Assembly: GCA_965222115.1 (NCBI GenBank)
Contig: CBDCTJ010000007.1
Span: 1,728,001 to 1,792,000, forward strand
Reading direction: 5' to 3'
DNA length: 64,000 nt
Source of the DNA: Planctomycetota bacterium
Lineage (GTDB): Bacteria; Planctomycetota; PLA2; JAEUHO01
Each line of letters opens with the position of its first letter. Within the stretch, counting starts at the first letter, position 1. The notes under the pieces were generated by a model, which saw only the letters and a program-made list of their open reading frames with translations, was not told where the DNA came from and ran no database searches. The translations under genes and the position numbers were made by a program. Below are positions 49,834-58,876 of this stretch, piece by piece.

Positions 49834-50430
49834 ATGACATCGATAATCTGGATCGAAGAACTTCAAGCAGCAAAGGCTGCATCCAAAGAGTCTGGCAAGT
49901 TGTTGCTCACCTATGTCTATTCGCCGGGATGACTCGGCTGCAAACAGATGGGTGCCGTGACGTACCCCGATGCCGATGTCGCGAACGCGCTTGCCGAACA
50001 CTTCGTGCTCTACAAGATCAACATGATGGAACGCCATCCCGACTTCAAAGAAGCGTGCGCGGGTGCAAAGGTCATGTGGGGCCCTACGATCATAGTGGCC
50101 GACGCGCGTGGAAACGAAGTGCGACGTTGGACGGGTTGGCTCGATCCCAAGGCCTTCGTCGCCGAGCTTGACTTGACACGCGCCCTCGCGCTGCATCACA
50201 GCGCAAAGTTTCAAGAAGCGCTCGAGGGTTTTACCGCACTTGTTGAAGGGGACACATCCACGTCGCTCATGCCGGAAGCGCTCTATTGGCAGGGCATCTC
50301 GGGATTCATGGCGGGTAAAATGGACTGGGATGCGCTGGGGAACGCTTGGCGCGCCGTGGCGAAGACATATCCCGGTACACGCTTCGGTATGCATGCATCG
50401 GTCATTAACCAGGCGCCAAACGCAGGCTAA
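49834..50430 (+). CDS. Thioredoxin-fold + TPR-like protein with an in-frame UGA (putative selenocysteine, U-L-G-C)
   Basis: ATG 49834 reads MTSIIWIEELQAAKAASKESGKLLLTYVYSPG-TGA(49930-49932)-LGCKQMGAVTYPD, in frame with the track ORF 49948..50430. Confidence 0.85.
49950..49967 (+). promoter_or_regulatory. Candidate bacterial SECIS hairpin
   Basis: Stem GGGUGC/GUACCC with loop CGUGAC. G-U at loop positions 2-3; loop begins about 24 nt after the UGA. Confidence 0.55.
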
Positions 50431-50477
50431 GTCCTGGACACACGCTGTCGTGACGGCGCGCTAAGATTCTCGGTTCG

Positions 50478-52574
50478 ATGATTCAGGCCACGGAACAAAC
50501 CCCCGACGATGAGACGACTGCGCGCGCAAAGACTGTGCTGCGCGACGTGTTCGGTCATGACGCGTTCCGTCGTGGTCAGCAGGATGTGATTTCGTCCGTA
50601 CTTGCCGGGCGAGACGTGTTGTGTGTAATGCCCACGGGCGCCGGCAAGAGCCTCTGCTATCAACTTCCCGCACTGGTTCGTGAGGGGCTGACGCTTGTCA
50701 TCAGTCCGTTGATCGCGTTGATGCAAGATCAAGTGCAAGCCCTCCGACAACGCGGCGTCGCGGCGGCGGGCATCAACAGCATGGTGCCCACCGACGAGCA
50801 GTACGACATTCTGGAGGCCGCGGTTCGCGGCGAAGTTCGTTTGCTCTACGTGGCGCCCGAACGATTTCGAAACGCAAGTTTTCGACGGCGTATCGTGAAT
50901 GCAGGCGTAAATCTCGTTGCCGTTGATGAGGCCCATTGCATTTCGCAATGGGGACACGATTTTCGACCCGACTACCGTCGCATTGGCGAAGCCCTGGGTT
51001 CGCTTGGGCGCCCCCAAGTGCTCGCGCTCACGGCTACCGCACCAAAAGAAGTGCAAGACGACGTCGTGAAACAGCTTGAACTCCGCGACCCCGTGCGATT
51101 TGTGCATGGCATTGTGCGTGAGAATCTCTGCTACGACGTCGTGCATGCCACGCGGCGAGACTCCAAAGAACGCATTTTGCTTTCAACGGTAAGGGCATCG
51201 CCTTCCACGTTGATCTACTGCGCCACGCGCAAGCAAGTCGATCGACTGTATGACATGCTGCGTGGCGCGGGACAAAAGCCTCGCCGTTATCACGCGGGTC
51301 TTTCGCTGGAAGAGCGCGACGTGTCGCAACACGCGTTCCTTGTGGAGGGTGCGCCGCTACTTGTTGCCACCAATGCTTTTGGGATGGGCGTGGACCGCCC
51401 CGACATTCGCATGGTGATTCACTATGAAATTCCCCGAACCATCGAGGCGTATGTTCAGGAATCCGGTCGCGCGGGGCGCGATGGCGATCCAGCCAACTGT
51501 CTGTTGATCTACAGTCCCGGCGATACCCACATCCAGCGCTTTTTTATTGAGGCGTCCAATCCCAGTGAAGCCGTCGTGCGCGACGTGTATCGCGTATTGA
51601 CTGAGGCGGGCGACTATCGGCTCGAACTGAGTGTTGAAGAGATCGCAGATCGTCTTCGAATGGACGCGCCCACGTCGGCGGTAGGCGCCTCGCTCGCGAT
51701 CCTCCACGAGGCATCTGTTGTTCGGCGAGGTAAACGCGGCGACAATTTGGCAAGAGTGACTGTGCTCCCGCCGCCCGGCGATCTTTTTGAGAACGCGCCG
51801 TTACCTCCCGGACTATCGCGCCTGCTGGCCGAACTTGTACGTCAGTTCGGCGTGGATCAACTTGGCCATCTAGACGCCGAGACGCTGGCCGCCGCACGTG
51901 GCGTAACGGTTGAAACCGTGCGTCGTGGACTCCGAAAGCTATCCGACCTCGAACGCATTCGTTATGTGCCTGCGTTTCGCGGGCGAGCCACCGAAGTGCG
52001 GCGGGTTGACGCACCCGAGATTGCGCTCGAGAAAGTTGACTTCGCCAAGATTGCCGAGAAGCGAGCGCGTGAGGAACGCAAGCTCGATCAGATGATCGAC
52101 TACGCCACCTGCCCGGCGTGCCGCGTCCTGTTTTTGTTACGCGGCTTTGGTGTTGAGAGCAACGAGCGTTGCGGTCGCTGCGATCGCTGCAAGGGATCGG
52201 GAAAGCGTGCCGCGTCCGCAGCGCGAGACGTTGGACGCTCCAAAGTAGCCGACAAAATGATTCGCCACGCGCTTGCGGCCGTAAACACGTTTGACGAGCG
52301 TTACGGCTTTCGCAAACTCGCCGGACACCTTGCGGGATCCAATGCTGCCGACATCGCCAACGGCCCGTTGGCGCGTGGGATGACCCGCGGCGTTATGCGC
52401 GCACTCGGAACCAAAGGCGCCGAGCGTTACTTGCGCATGGCACTCGATCTGGGGCTCCTCAAACTCGTGTCTCACAAGCTCCAAGGCCGGGGCGGCCGCC
52501 GCGTTCACCTCGTCGCCATCTCCGACCGCGGCCGACGCGTACTCAAAGGCGAGCCCATCGAACAGGGATCTTAG
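50478..52574 (+). CDS. recQ: RecQ-family ATP-dependent DNA helicase
   Basis: MPTGAGKSLCYQLP, VDEAHCISQWGHDFRP, LTATA, ATNAFGMGVD, QESGRAGRDG, Zn site CR...CGRCDRC. Confidence 0.93.
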   Translation: MIQATEQTPDDETTARAKTVLRDVFGHDAFRRGQQDVISSVLAGRDVLCVMPTGAGKSLCYQLPALVREGLTLVISPLIALMQDQVQALRQRGVAAAGINSMVPTDEQYDILEAAVRGEVRLLYVAPERFRNASFRRRIVNAGVNLVAVDEAHCISQWGHDFRPDYRRIGEALGSLGRPQVLALTATAPKEVQDDVVKQLELRDPVRFVHGIVRENLCYDVVHATRRDSKERILLSTVRASPSTLIYCATRKQVDRLYDMLRGAGQKPRRYHAGLSLEERDVSQHAFLVEGAPLLVATNAFGMGVDRPDIRMVIHYEIPRTIEAYVQESGRAGRDGDPANCLLIYSPGDTHIQRFFIEASNPSEAVVRDVYRVLTEAGDYRLELSVEEIADRLRMDAPTSAVGASLAILHEASVVRRGKRGDNLARVTVLPPPGDLFENAPLPPGLSRLLAELVRQFGVDQLGHLDAETLAAARGVTVETVRRGLRKLSDLERIRYVPAFRGRATEVRRVDAPEIALEKVDFAKIAEKRAREERKLDQMIDYATCPACRVLFLLRGFGVESNERCGRCDRCKGSGKRAASAARDVGRSKVADKMIRHALAAVNTFDERYGFRKLAGHLAGSNAADIANGPLARGMTRGVMRALGTKGAERYLRMALDLGLLKLVSHKLQGRGGRRVHLVAISDRGRRVLKGEPIEQGS

Positions 52575-52602
52575 ATTCAACCTCGCCCCCCGATTCTCGC
52601 GC

Positions 52603-52630
52603 TTGACGCCTCTCCCCGCCCCACTACGAT
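52603..52630 (+). promoter_or_regulatory. Sigma-70-type promoter of tRNA-Gln
   Basis: TTGACG-N16-TACGAT, 17 nt upstream of the tRNA. Confidence 0.65.
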
Positions 52631-52647
52631 TCCCCTCTCAGCATCGC

Positions 52648-52720
52648 TGAGGAGTAGTTCAGTTGGTAGAACGCCTGATTCTGGATCAGGAAGTCGTAGG
52701 TTCGAGTCCTACCTCCTCAG
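52648..52720 (+). tRNA. tRNA-Gln (anticodon CTG), CCA not encoded
   Basis: Acceptor TGAGGAG/CTCCTCA, anticodon arm CCTGA-TTCTGGA-TCAGG, T arm GTAGG-TTCGAGT-CCTAC. Confidence 0.96.
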
Positions 52721-52723
52721 TTC

Positions 52724-52945
52724 CTTTTAAGGGGCAAAGCCCCTTACGCGTCAAACTTGGACGGCTCAGCAGGCTTCGCCCTCCAAGATTTGACGCTATC
52801 CCCATTTGTTCCTCAAGGGGCAAAGCCCGCGCAGCGCGGAGCGCTGCTTGCCAATGGCACGGGCGTTCAACTTGTATTGAAATGCTGCGCATGTCTTCTC
52901 CAAGATTGAACGCTAACCCCATTTTGTCCTTATAAGGGGCAAGGT
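52724..52945 (+). repeat. tRNA-linked structured repeat, copy A (two units plus the start of a third)
   Basis: Units start AAGGGGCAA(A/G)G and contain a long hairpin GCGT..AACTTG...CTCCAAGATT..ACGCTA.CCCCATTT. Near-identical to 54635-54788. Confidence 0.85.
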
Positions 52946-53513
52946 CTGTGTGGCGCTTCGCCGTCCGTTCGCGCTCCCATTCAAAATTTGCGCCCCTCTA
53001 CGCTTGCGCCTCTCTAAATCCGATCGCAAGTAGGCGTCTTGCCATCCGTTCGCGCTTGGTGAACTTGGTGTCCTTGGTGAGAGCCTCTTTTTTGAACGTG
53101 CTCGCTACAACCAACCGCGCACGCGCTCGCCAAACGGCTTCCATCAACGCTTGCGTCCCTGCGTATGATCAACCACCCAGAACTACAAACCGGCATCGTA
53201 TTCCCACCAACACGAACATGGCCGCACGTGTATTGACAAGACAACACGCGCAACTTGTCGAGAAAGCGCGTCGTTAAGCACCCAATCACGACGACCGCTA
53301 CCGCCCGGTGGCGAGAACGTTCCGGACGGCGCAAAGAACTTCGAGGGACTCGTTGCTTCGATTTAGTCGCATTGAGCTAAGTCACGTGCCACACCCACGT
53401 TACGCATGGTCTCGATAGCGATACGCACTGACCGCGCACCACGTTGCGAGTACGGCATTCGGTGTGTGCATGCATCGGCGTCAACGAAACCTTGTTTCCA
53501 ACTAGGAGTAATC

Positions 53514-54353
53514 ATGAAGCGACTCTTCATCGGAGCTGCACTTGCCGGTGCAGCGTTGCTATTACCCACAACGGATGCCTGGGCACACGGCGGTCAGTAT
53601 CGCGGTGGTGTGGGCGAGATTCCGCCCGCCCTTCGCGATGCCGAGGACCCAACACCGGAGCCTCCCGTTTGCGAGCCCGGCGATGGGCCCACGACGGACC
53701 ACGGCGATCCCGATTCTCCACAGACGGGTCCGGTTACGGCGCCCACGCCCGATACCCCCCCGGTGGCCACAGGTCCTGGATCATCTCGAGACGTCGGTCC
53801 CAAGACACGTCGCAGGAAGAGCTCCACAGGATTTGAGACGTGGAACTTCTGGTACCACTTCAACAACGGCCGTGTTGAGAATCTCAAGCGCTCGCTCTAC
53901 ACGCGCGTCCACTCGCGCAATCCGCTCTTTGAGATCGGCGGGAGCGACACCTCGAATCGATCCGATTCACTGCATGCCATCGACGCGCTGGTTCGTACTG
54001 ATGTCGTCGATGCACTCAAGTGGGCCATGAACAAGAAGAACGTACCCCATTCGGACGCGCGTTCGGCTGCATTCATTGGCATGGGCAAAGTGGCGACCAC
54101 TCCTGCTCACGTTGAACTCTTGAGCAAGGGCTTTGATGCCGACGAAACCGAGATTGTGAAGGAATCCACTGCGCTGGCGTACGGCGTACTACGCCGTGCC
54201 AACCCGGCTCGTCAGTTTGCGTCAAGTGACCTTTCGAAGATTCGGGATCGCCTGTTCGAGGTGTTCGAGAATGAGAAGGATTTCGGTACACGCACACGTT
54301 CCTTCGCCATCATGAGCATCGGCCTGCTCGGCGATCAGCCCTTCGTTCGCTAG
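53514..54353 (+). CDS. Exported HEAT-repeat-type protein (HGGQYRG N-terminus), possibly C-terminally truncated
   Basis: AGGAG RBS, signal peptide …AWA-HGGQYRG, Pro/Thr linker, W.FW..FN motif, about 3 HEAT-like repeats, then TAG. Confidence 0.7.
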   Translation: MKRLFIGAALAGAALLLPTTDAWAHGGQYRGGVGEIPPALRDAEDPTPEPPVCEPGDGPTTDHGDPDSPQTGPVTAPTPDTPPVATGPGSSRDVGPKTRRRKSSTGFETWNFWYHFNNGRVENLKRSLYTRVHSRNPLFEIGGSDTSNRSDSLHAIDALVRTDVVDALKWAMNKKNVPHSDARSAAFIGMGKVATTPAHVELLSKGFDADETEIVKESTALAYGVLRRANPARQFASSDLSKIRDRLFEVFENEKDFGTRTRSFAIMSIGLLGDQPFVR

Positions 54354-54556
54354 ATCACGCCGTCCTTTCCCGCGACAGAGAACTCGTCGCACCACTCGGC
54401 ATCGGCGTAACGCCGTGACCCATGTTGCCGGGCGAGACCTTGGGGCCATTCGCTTCGGCGGGTGGCCTCTTTTCGTATATGCCCGACGAATCTGCGATTG
54501 ACGCCTTCATCAATCTGGACGCCCCCGCGTGCCTTGGTAGATTTCCCGCGCCACGC

Positions 54557-54632
54557 GGCCCCTTCGTCTAGTGGTCTAGGACACGGCCCTCTCAAGGCTG
54601 AAACACGGGTTCGAACCCCGTAGGGGTCACCA
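54557..54632 (+). tRNA. tRNA-Glu (anticodon CTC) with encoded CCA
   Basis: Acceptor GGCCCCT/AGGGGTC-A-CCA, anticodon arm CGGCC-CTCTCAA-GGCTG, T arm ACGGG-TTCGAAC-CCCGT. Confidence 0.96.
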
Positions 54633-54634
54633 AT

Positions 54635-54788
54635 CTTTTAAGGGGCAAGGCCCCTTACGCGTCAAACTTGGACGGCTCAGCAAGCTTCGCCCTCCAAGAT
54701 TTGACGCTAACCCCATTTTGGCTTCGTAAGGGGCAAGGCCAGCGTAGCGCGGAGCGCTGCTTGCCAATAGCTCGGGCGTCAAACTTGG
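54635..54788 (+). repeat. tRNA-linked structured repeat, copy B
   Basis: About 150 bp near-identical to 52724-52873, starting 2 nt after the CCA. Confidence 0.85.
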
Positions 54789-55290
54789 GTGTTTACGAGC
54801 AAGGCCCCTGGCGCGATTCGTAATTGTTGCGTGCGAGGCCCTTCGGATGAATTTGACTTCGTGTCGTGCAAGGCCCCTTGGACGAACCAGGGTTCCACCT
54901 CGCTATCAACGGCAATGCCTTCGGCATAGCCTTCTTCCAATTCGTATTCAATGCCTTTCGATTGCACCTTGGGACGCCGTCTCCACTTAATAAGATGCGC
55001 GCATTCCTCGGACGGCATCCACCATCGCCTGTGCCCCTATTCCTAATTGAGCACCGTCGCAAGAACAGCATCGGTGCGATGCGAGCCGGTGTCACGACTA
55101 CGGGTTGCGCTTGGTGTCCTTGGAGAGCGCTTCTTCGTTCAAGATACGCACGACAACAAGTCACGCGCGCGCTCGCCAAGCCTCCCTCACCCACGCCAGC
55201 GCCACGCGTTAGGTCCCCGTTCGCTTCCTCAAGCACAGCCGTATACGCGACGATTGGGAATTGCGGAGCCTTGTACTTTTGGAGCCCTAC

Positions 55291-55749
55291 ATGCGCGCCA
55301 TGCCGCGAACTGCGTATCAACTACTCGATGGTTGCGTACGCGTCGTCGGCGTGCTGTTGCTCGTTGCGGTAATCGCCAGCTTCGTGACGTCCACACCGCT
55401 CCCCGAACGACTTCTTTCACCGGGTGGCGCGTTGCCGTTTTGGATTTCCGCTTTGCTGGCCGCGCTCTTTGGCTTGAGCCTCGTCTTGGGTCCTTCGATT
55501 CATCGTGGGTATCGAGACGTGGCCCGCATACTTGCCGTCTTGCTAGCCGTGGCGTGTCTTGCGGACGGACTCACCTATTTTCGGCACATTGCCGCCGGTC
55601 GTGTTCACGCAACGCTGCCGATTCCGTTGAGCCTGCTTCTGGGGTTGTTGCTCCTCTTTTGGGCATCGGCCCGACCGCGGCAGCGTCGTATGTCGGTCAA
55701 GGGTGAAGACGCGCTCTGGATGAAAATCGCGGATCAGGCACATCCCTAG
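55291..55749 (+). CDS. Small multi-pass membrane protein (about 4 TM helices), possibly a truncated N-terminal fragment
   Basis: Four hydrophobic segments. Start uncertain (55261, 55291 or 55300). Confidence 0.55.
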   Translation: MRAMPRTAYQLLDGCVRVVGVLLLVAVIASFVTSTPLPERLLSPGGALPFWISALLAALFGLSLVLGPSIHRGYRDVARILAVLLAVACLADGLTYFRHIAAGRVHATLPIPLSLLLGLLLLFWASARPRQRRMSVKGEDALWMKIADQAHP

Positions 55750-55833
55750 CCATCAAAGCAATCCCGGCATTGACCCTCCCCGCCAAACGGCTACCCTCGA
55801 CACATGAGACATTCCCCTTGCGATGGCGTTCGT

Positions 55834-56973
55834 ATGCTGTTCGTTTCATCCAGCGTCGCTTCCCGCCTGATTGCGGTCGTACTGGTCCTTGTCGTGTCCG
55901 CCGCCGTCTCTCCAATTGCCGTTGCGAAGGAGAAGACACCTCACGAGCAGTATCTCGATGATCTAAAAGCGGCCGTCAAGATCGAAGACTCGCTGGTGAG
56001 AGGCATCAAGAGAGTGCGCCAGTCGTCCGTGAGTGTCCTCTGCTACGTCACGATACGGCGCGGTGGCGATTCGGTCCGCATGCTGGCCGGCTGTGGGTCG
56101 GGCGTCATAATCAGGTACAAGAGTAAGCTGTGGATCGTCACCAACGTTCACGTGATTGCACGTGCCAAGGAAATCGAAGTGGTAACCGCCGATGGCGTTC
56201 ACCACGCCGTCGAAGAGCACGACTCGATACTCGAGTACGACATAGCACTACTCAAGTTCTCCAATAAGCCCAAAAAGCGTCCCAAGCACGTCACGCTAAA
56301 GCCGAACGTAAGCGAGTCGCAAATCAAAGAAGGGTCTTGGGTCATTGCCACGGGTACTCCCTTCTTCCTTGCTACAGACGGTCGTTCAGTAACGACGCTA
56401 GGCGTCGTGTCTGGCAAGGATCGCTATCTGCCGGGCCAATACAACTACGTGGGTGCCGTGCAACACGACGCGGAAGTCAATCCAGGCAACAGTGGTGGCC
56501 CGCTTTGGGATCTCAAAGGACAACTGGTTGGCATCAACGGAAAGATTGCAACAAGCTCTCGCATTCCTGGAGGCACCCCTACGAATACCGGTGCATCGTT
56601 CTCACTTCCGGTTCATCAAGTCAATGCCTACCTCAAGTTACTCGTGCGAGAGGACAATGCACAAGCGGGCTATCTCGGGCTGCAAACCAAAACGTGGAGC
56701 GATAAGAGGGGTCGCCCCTCAGGAGCAGAAATCACAAAATTGCAACGCGGCAGTCCCGTGCGTGGTAGGAAAGCCCCCGCCGTAGGCGACGTGATTACCG
56801 CAATCACCATCAAGACGAAGCGCACCGCTATCTACACGTCGATGGACCTTCGCAACGCACTTTCTACCCACTCGTCCGGTGAAAAGGTCTCCTTGGTGTT
56901 CAAACCCAAAGGCGGTAGTGGCATTAGAACGTGGAAGGGTGTTTTGGGATCCCCGCCACGGGGACGTCGTTGA
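55834..56973 (+). CDS. HtrA/DegP-like serine protease with PDZ domain
   Basis: Signal peptide; GSGVII, TNVHVI (His), YDIALL (Asp), NPGNSGGP (Ser); GYLGL PDZ. Confidence 0.9.
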   Translation: MLFVSSSVASRLIAVVLVLVVSAAVSPIAVAKEKTPHEQYLDDLKAAVKIEDSLVRGIKRVRQSSVSVLCYVTIRRGGDSVRMLAGCGSGVIIRYKSKLWIVTNVHVIARAKEIEVVTADGVHHAVEEHDSILEYDIALLKFSNKPKKRPKHVTLKPNVSESQIKEGSWVIATGTPFFLATDGRSVTTLGVVSGKDRYLPGQYNYVGAVQHDAEVNPGNSGGPLWDLKGQLVGINGKIATSSRIPGGTPTNTGASFSLPVHQVNAYLKLLVREDNAQAGYLGLQTKTWSDKRGRPSGAEITKLQRGSPVRGRKAPAVGDVITAITIKTKRTAIYTSMDLRNALSTHSSGEKVSLVFKPKGGSGIRTWKGVLGSPPRGRR

Positions 56974-58850
56974 TGCAGCGCCCCTCCCGCGACGATTTTC
57001 ATCGAATTCGTATAGCGTGCATCGCTTGCATGATATTTGCGCTTGTGGCCACCGCGTGCTTGACGACCCAACGCGCGTTTGCAAACGCGGCGGCGGTCGA
57101 AGATGAGTTTGAAAAGGCCATCAAACTCGTTACGCCAGCCACGGTCGTGTGTCTGCCGAAGGGGTTTCCAGGTCATATGGCTACAAGCGGCGTCGTGATA
57201 TCGCGAAAGGGTCTAGTGCTATCCGATAGTGATGTCGGCGCATACATTTCGGGTCCCATTAAACGCGGCGTGAAGCCAAATGTGAAATACACGGATGACG
57301 TCGAAGTTCGAATTCCAAATCTTAAGTCTAAGGGGCGCGGCTACAAGAGTCTCAAAGCGCGGGTGATCCTGAGAGACAAGGATCACGACACAAGTCTGAT
57401 TCAGATCACGGATGTGCCCAGTCGCGGCTTGGCGCACGTAGAGATCGGCAGTAGCGACGACATGCAGACGGGCGACTTCGCGTTCGTTACAGGCAACTCT
57501 TTTGGGATGGCGTCGGAAGGAACACCCACACTTACGGCGGGTGTGATCTCGGCGTTGATTCCCGCGAAAGACAAGTCAGAAGGCAAGTATGAGAACTTGT
57601 ACACCAGTGCTGCAGTGAATCGCGGCGTCAATGGTGGCCCCATCGTCGACGTGGAAGGCCGCTTGATTGGAACGATCTCCACATTTATGGGGCCGAAAGA
57701 TCGATATCAGTATCTCGGCAAGGCGGTGCCCATCGATCGGTTGCGAGCCTTTTACCTGTCTAAGGAAGCCACCAAGGATCTGTTTCCAAAGAGTAAGAAA
57801 TCGCGAGACAAGAGCAAGCGCGCCGGGCGGCTGGAAGCCGTGTTTCATCACGTGGCGACGACAAGCTACCCCGGTTTGGTGAGTCTCACCGTAGAGCGCA
57901 GTGGAGATCTTGAACACATCGCGCGTGCGCGCGGCGGTCGTCAGCCGATTGTGAACGTGCCGCGATACACGGGCGCTACGAGTGGCTTTGTGATTGACAA
58001 GGAGGGCTACATCGTCACGGCCCTCTACAACTTGGCCAGCGTAGAGGCGATTTCACAGCCACGCTGGCTCAATCCACCTGCCAATGCGAAGGTCGCACAC
58101 GGAATTTCACAGATCAAGTCGATACGCGTCCATTTCGTGGGGGGTGAGTCAGCGGATGCTGAACTGGTGGGCTACAACGAGGACATCGGCGTTGCGCTTC
58201 TCAAAGTCAAAGGCGACGTCAACAGGGACGCGATCCAACCGTTGCAGCCTGCGCCAATCGACGCGTATCAGGCAGGTCGATTTGTGGTTGCCGTCGGTCA
58301 TCCCTTTGGCGACAAGCCACTTCGCGCGCCCCTCACGGCCGTGGGAATCCTCTCCAAGCAACACCGGGTAGGCGCATCCGATCCTTGGGCTGGACAGTGG
58401 CAAACCGATGCCAGTTGCACGGATGCAACCTGCGGCGGTGCAGCCATGAATATCCACGGCAAATTGTTGGGCATGCTCTCGGTGTGGTCGCCGATTCAAC
58501 ACGGACGCGGATCGGGTATTGGCTTTATTGTTCCTTGGCCCATGATTCAGGAAATGTTGCCCGCTCTGAAACGGGGGAAGCGTCCGCCTCTTGTGGGTGT
58601 CATTTGGGGCGATGCTACGGATGACGAGCAGCTCGTGATTGGTAAAGTGATTGGCGAAGGTCCCGCGGCCAAAGCGGGGCTCAAGGCCGACGATATCGTC
58701 TTAAAGATCGACAGCAGGACGATTAAGTCGATGGCCAATGCCAAGCAGGCGCTCAAAGGCAAGTGGGCGGGTGATGTGGTTTCGTTTCTCGTCAAACGCG
58801 GCGGCATCGAAGTCAAAGTAGACATCACGCTTGGTGAACGAAAGCGCTAA
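56973..58850 (+). CDS. Double trypsin-fold + PDZ protein lacking catalytic residues (pseudoprotease)
   Basis: TGATG coupling to the upstream protease. Domain 1 has LSDSDV and NRGVNGGP; domain 2 has VTALYN and TDATCGGA; C-terminal GPAAKAGLKADD PDZ. Confidence 0.8.
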   Translation: MQRPSRDDFHRIRIACIACMIFALVATACLTTQRAFANAAAVEDEFEKAIKLVTPATVVCLPKGFPGHMATSGVVISRKGLVLSDSDVGAYISGPIKRGVKPNVKYTDDVEVRIPNLKSKGRGYKSLKARVILRDKDHDTSLIQITDVPSRGLAHVEIGSSDDMQTGDFAFVTGNSFGMASEGTPTLTAGVISALIPAKDKSEGKYENLYTSAAVNRGVNGGPIVDVEGRLIGTISTFMGPKDRYQYLGKAVPIDRLRAFYLSKEATKDLFPKSKKSRDKSKRAGRLEAVFHHVATTSYPGLVSLTVERSGDLEHIARARGGRQPIVNVPRYTGATSGFVIDKEGYIVTALYNLASVEAISQPRWLNPPANAKVAHGISQIKSIRVHFVGGESADAELVGYNEDIGVALLKVKGDVNRDAIQPLQPAPIDAYQAGRFVVAVGHPFGDKPLRAPLTAVGILSKQHRVGASDPWAGQWQTDASCTDATCGGAAMNIHGKLLGMLSVWSPIQHGRGSGIGFIVPWPMIQEMLPALKRGKRPPLVGVIWGDATDDEQLVIGKVIGEGPAAKAGLKADDIVLKIDSRTIKSMANAKQALKGKWAGDVVSFLVKRGGIEVKVDITLGERKR

Positions 58851-58876
58851 CCGGCTTGGTTTGGGCATCGCTTCCG

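Noticed and set aside
52855-52869. Sigma-54-like TGGCACG-N4-TTCA
   Set aside because: The -12 GC is missing and the second repeat copy does not keep the motif.
52663-52935. Short ORFs over tRNA-Gln and the repeat
   Set aside because: They overlap a clear tRNA and a structured repeat, and lack protein-like features.
54351-54410. Stop read-through (TAG) extending the HGGQYRG protein
   Set aside because: The frame closes again within 20 codons and there is no sign of a recoding signal.
52724-54788. Integrated element bounded by att sites between the two tRNAs
   Set aside because: The repeats lie outside the tRNA sequence, neither tRNA 3' end is duplicated, and there is no integrase or transposase.
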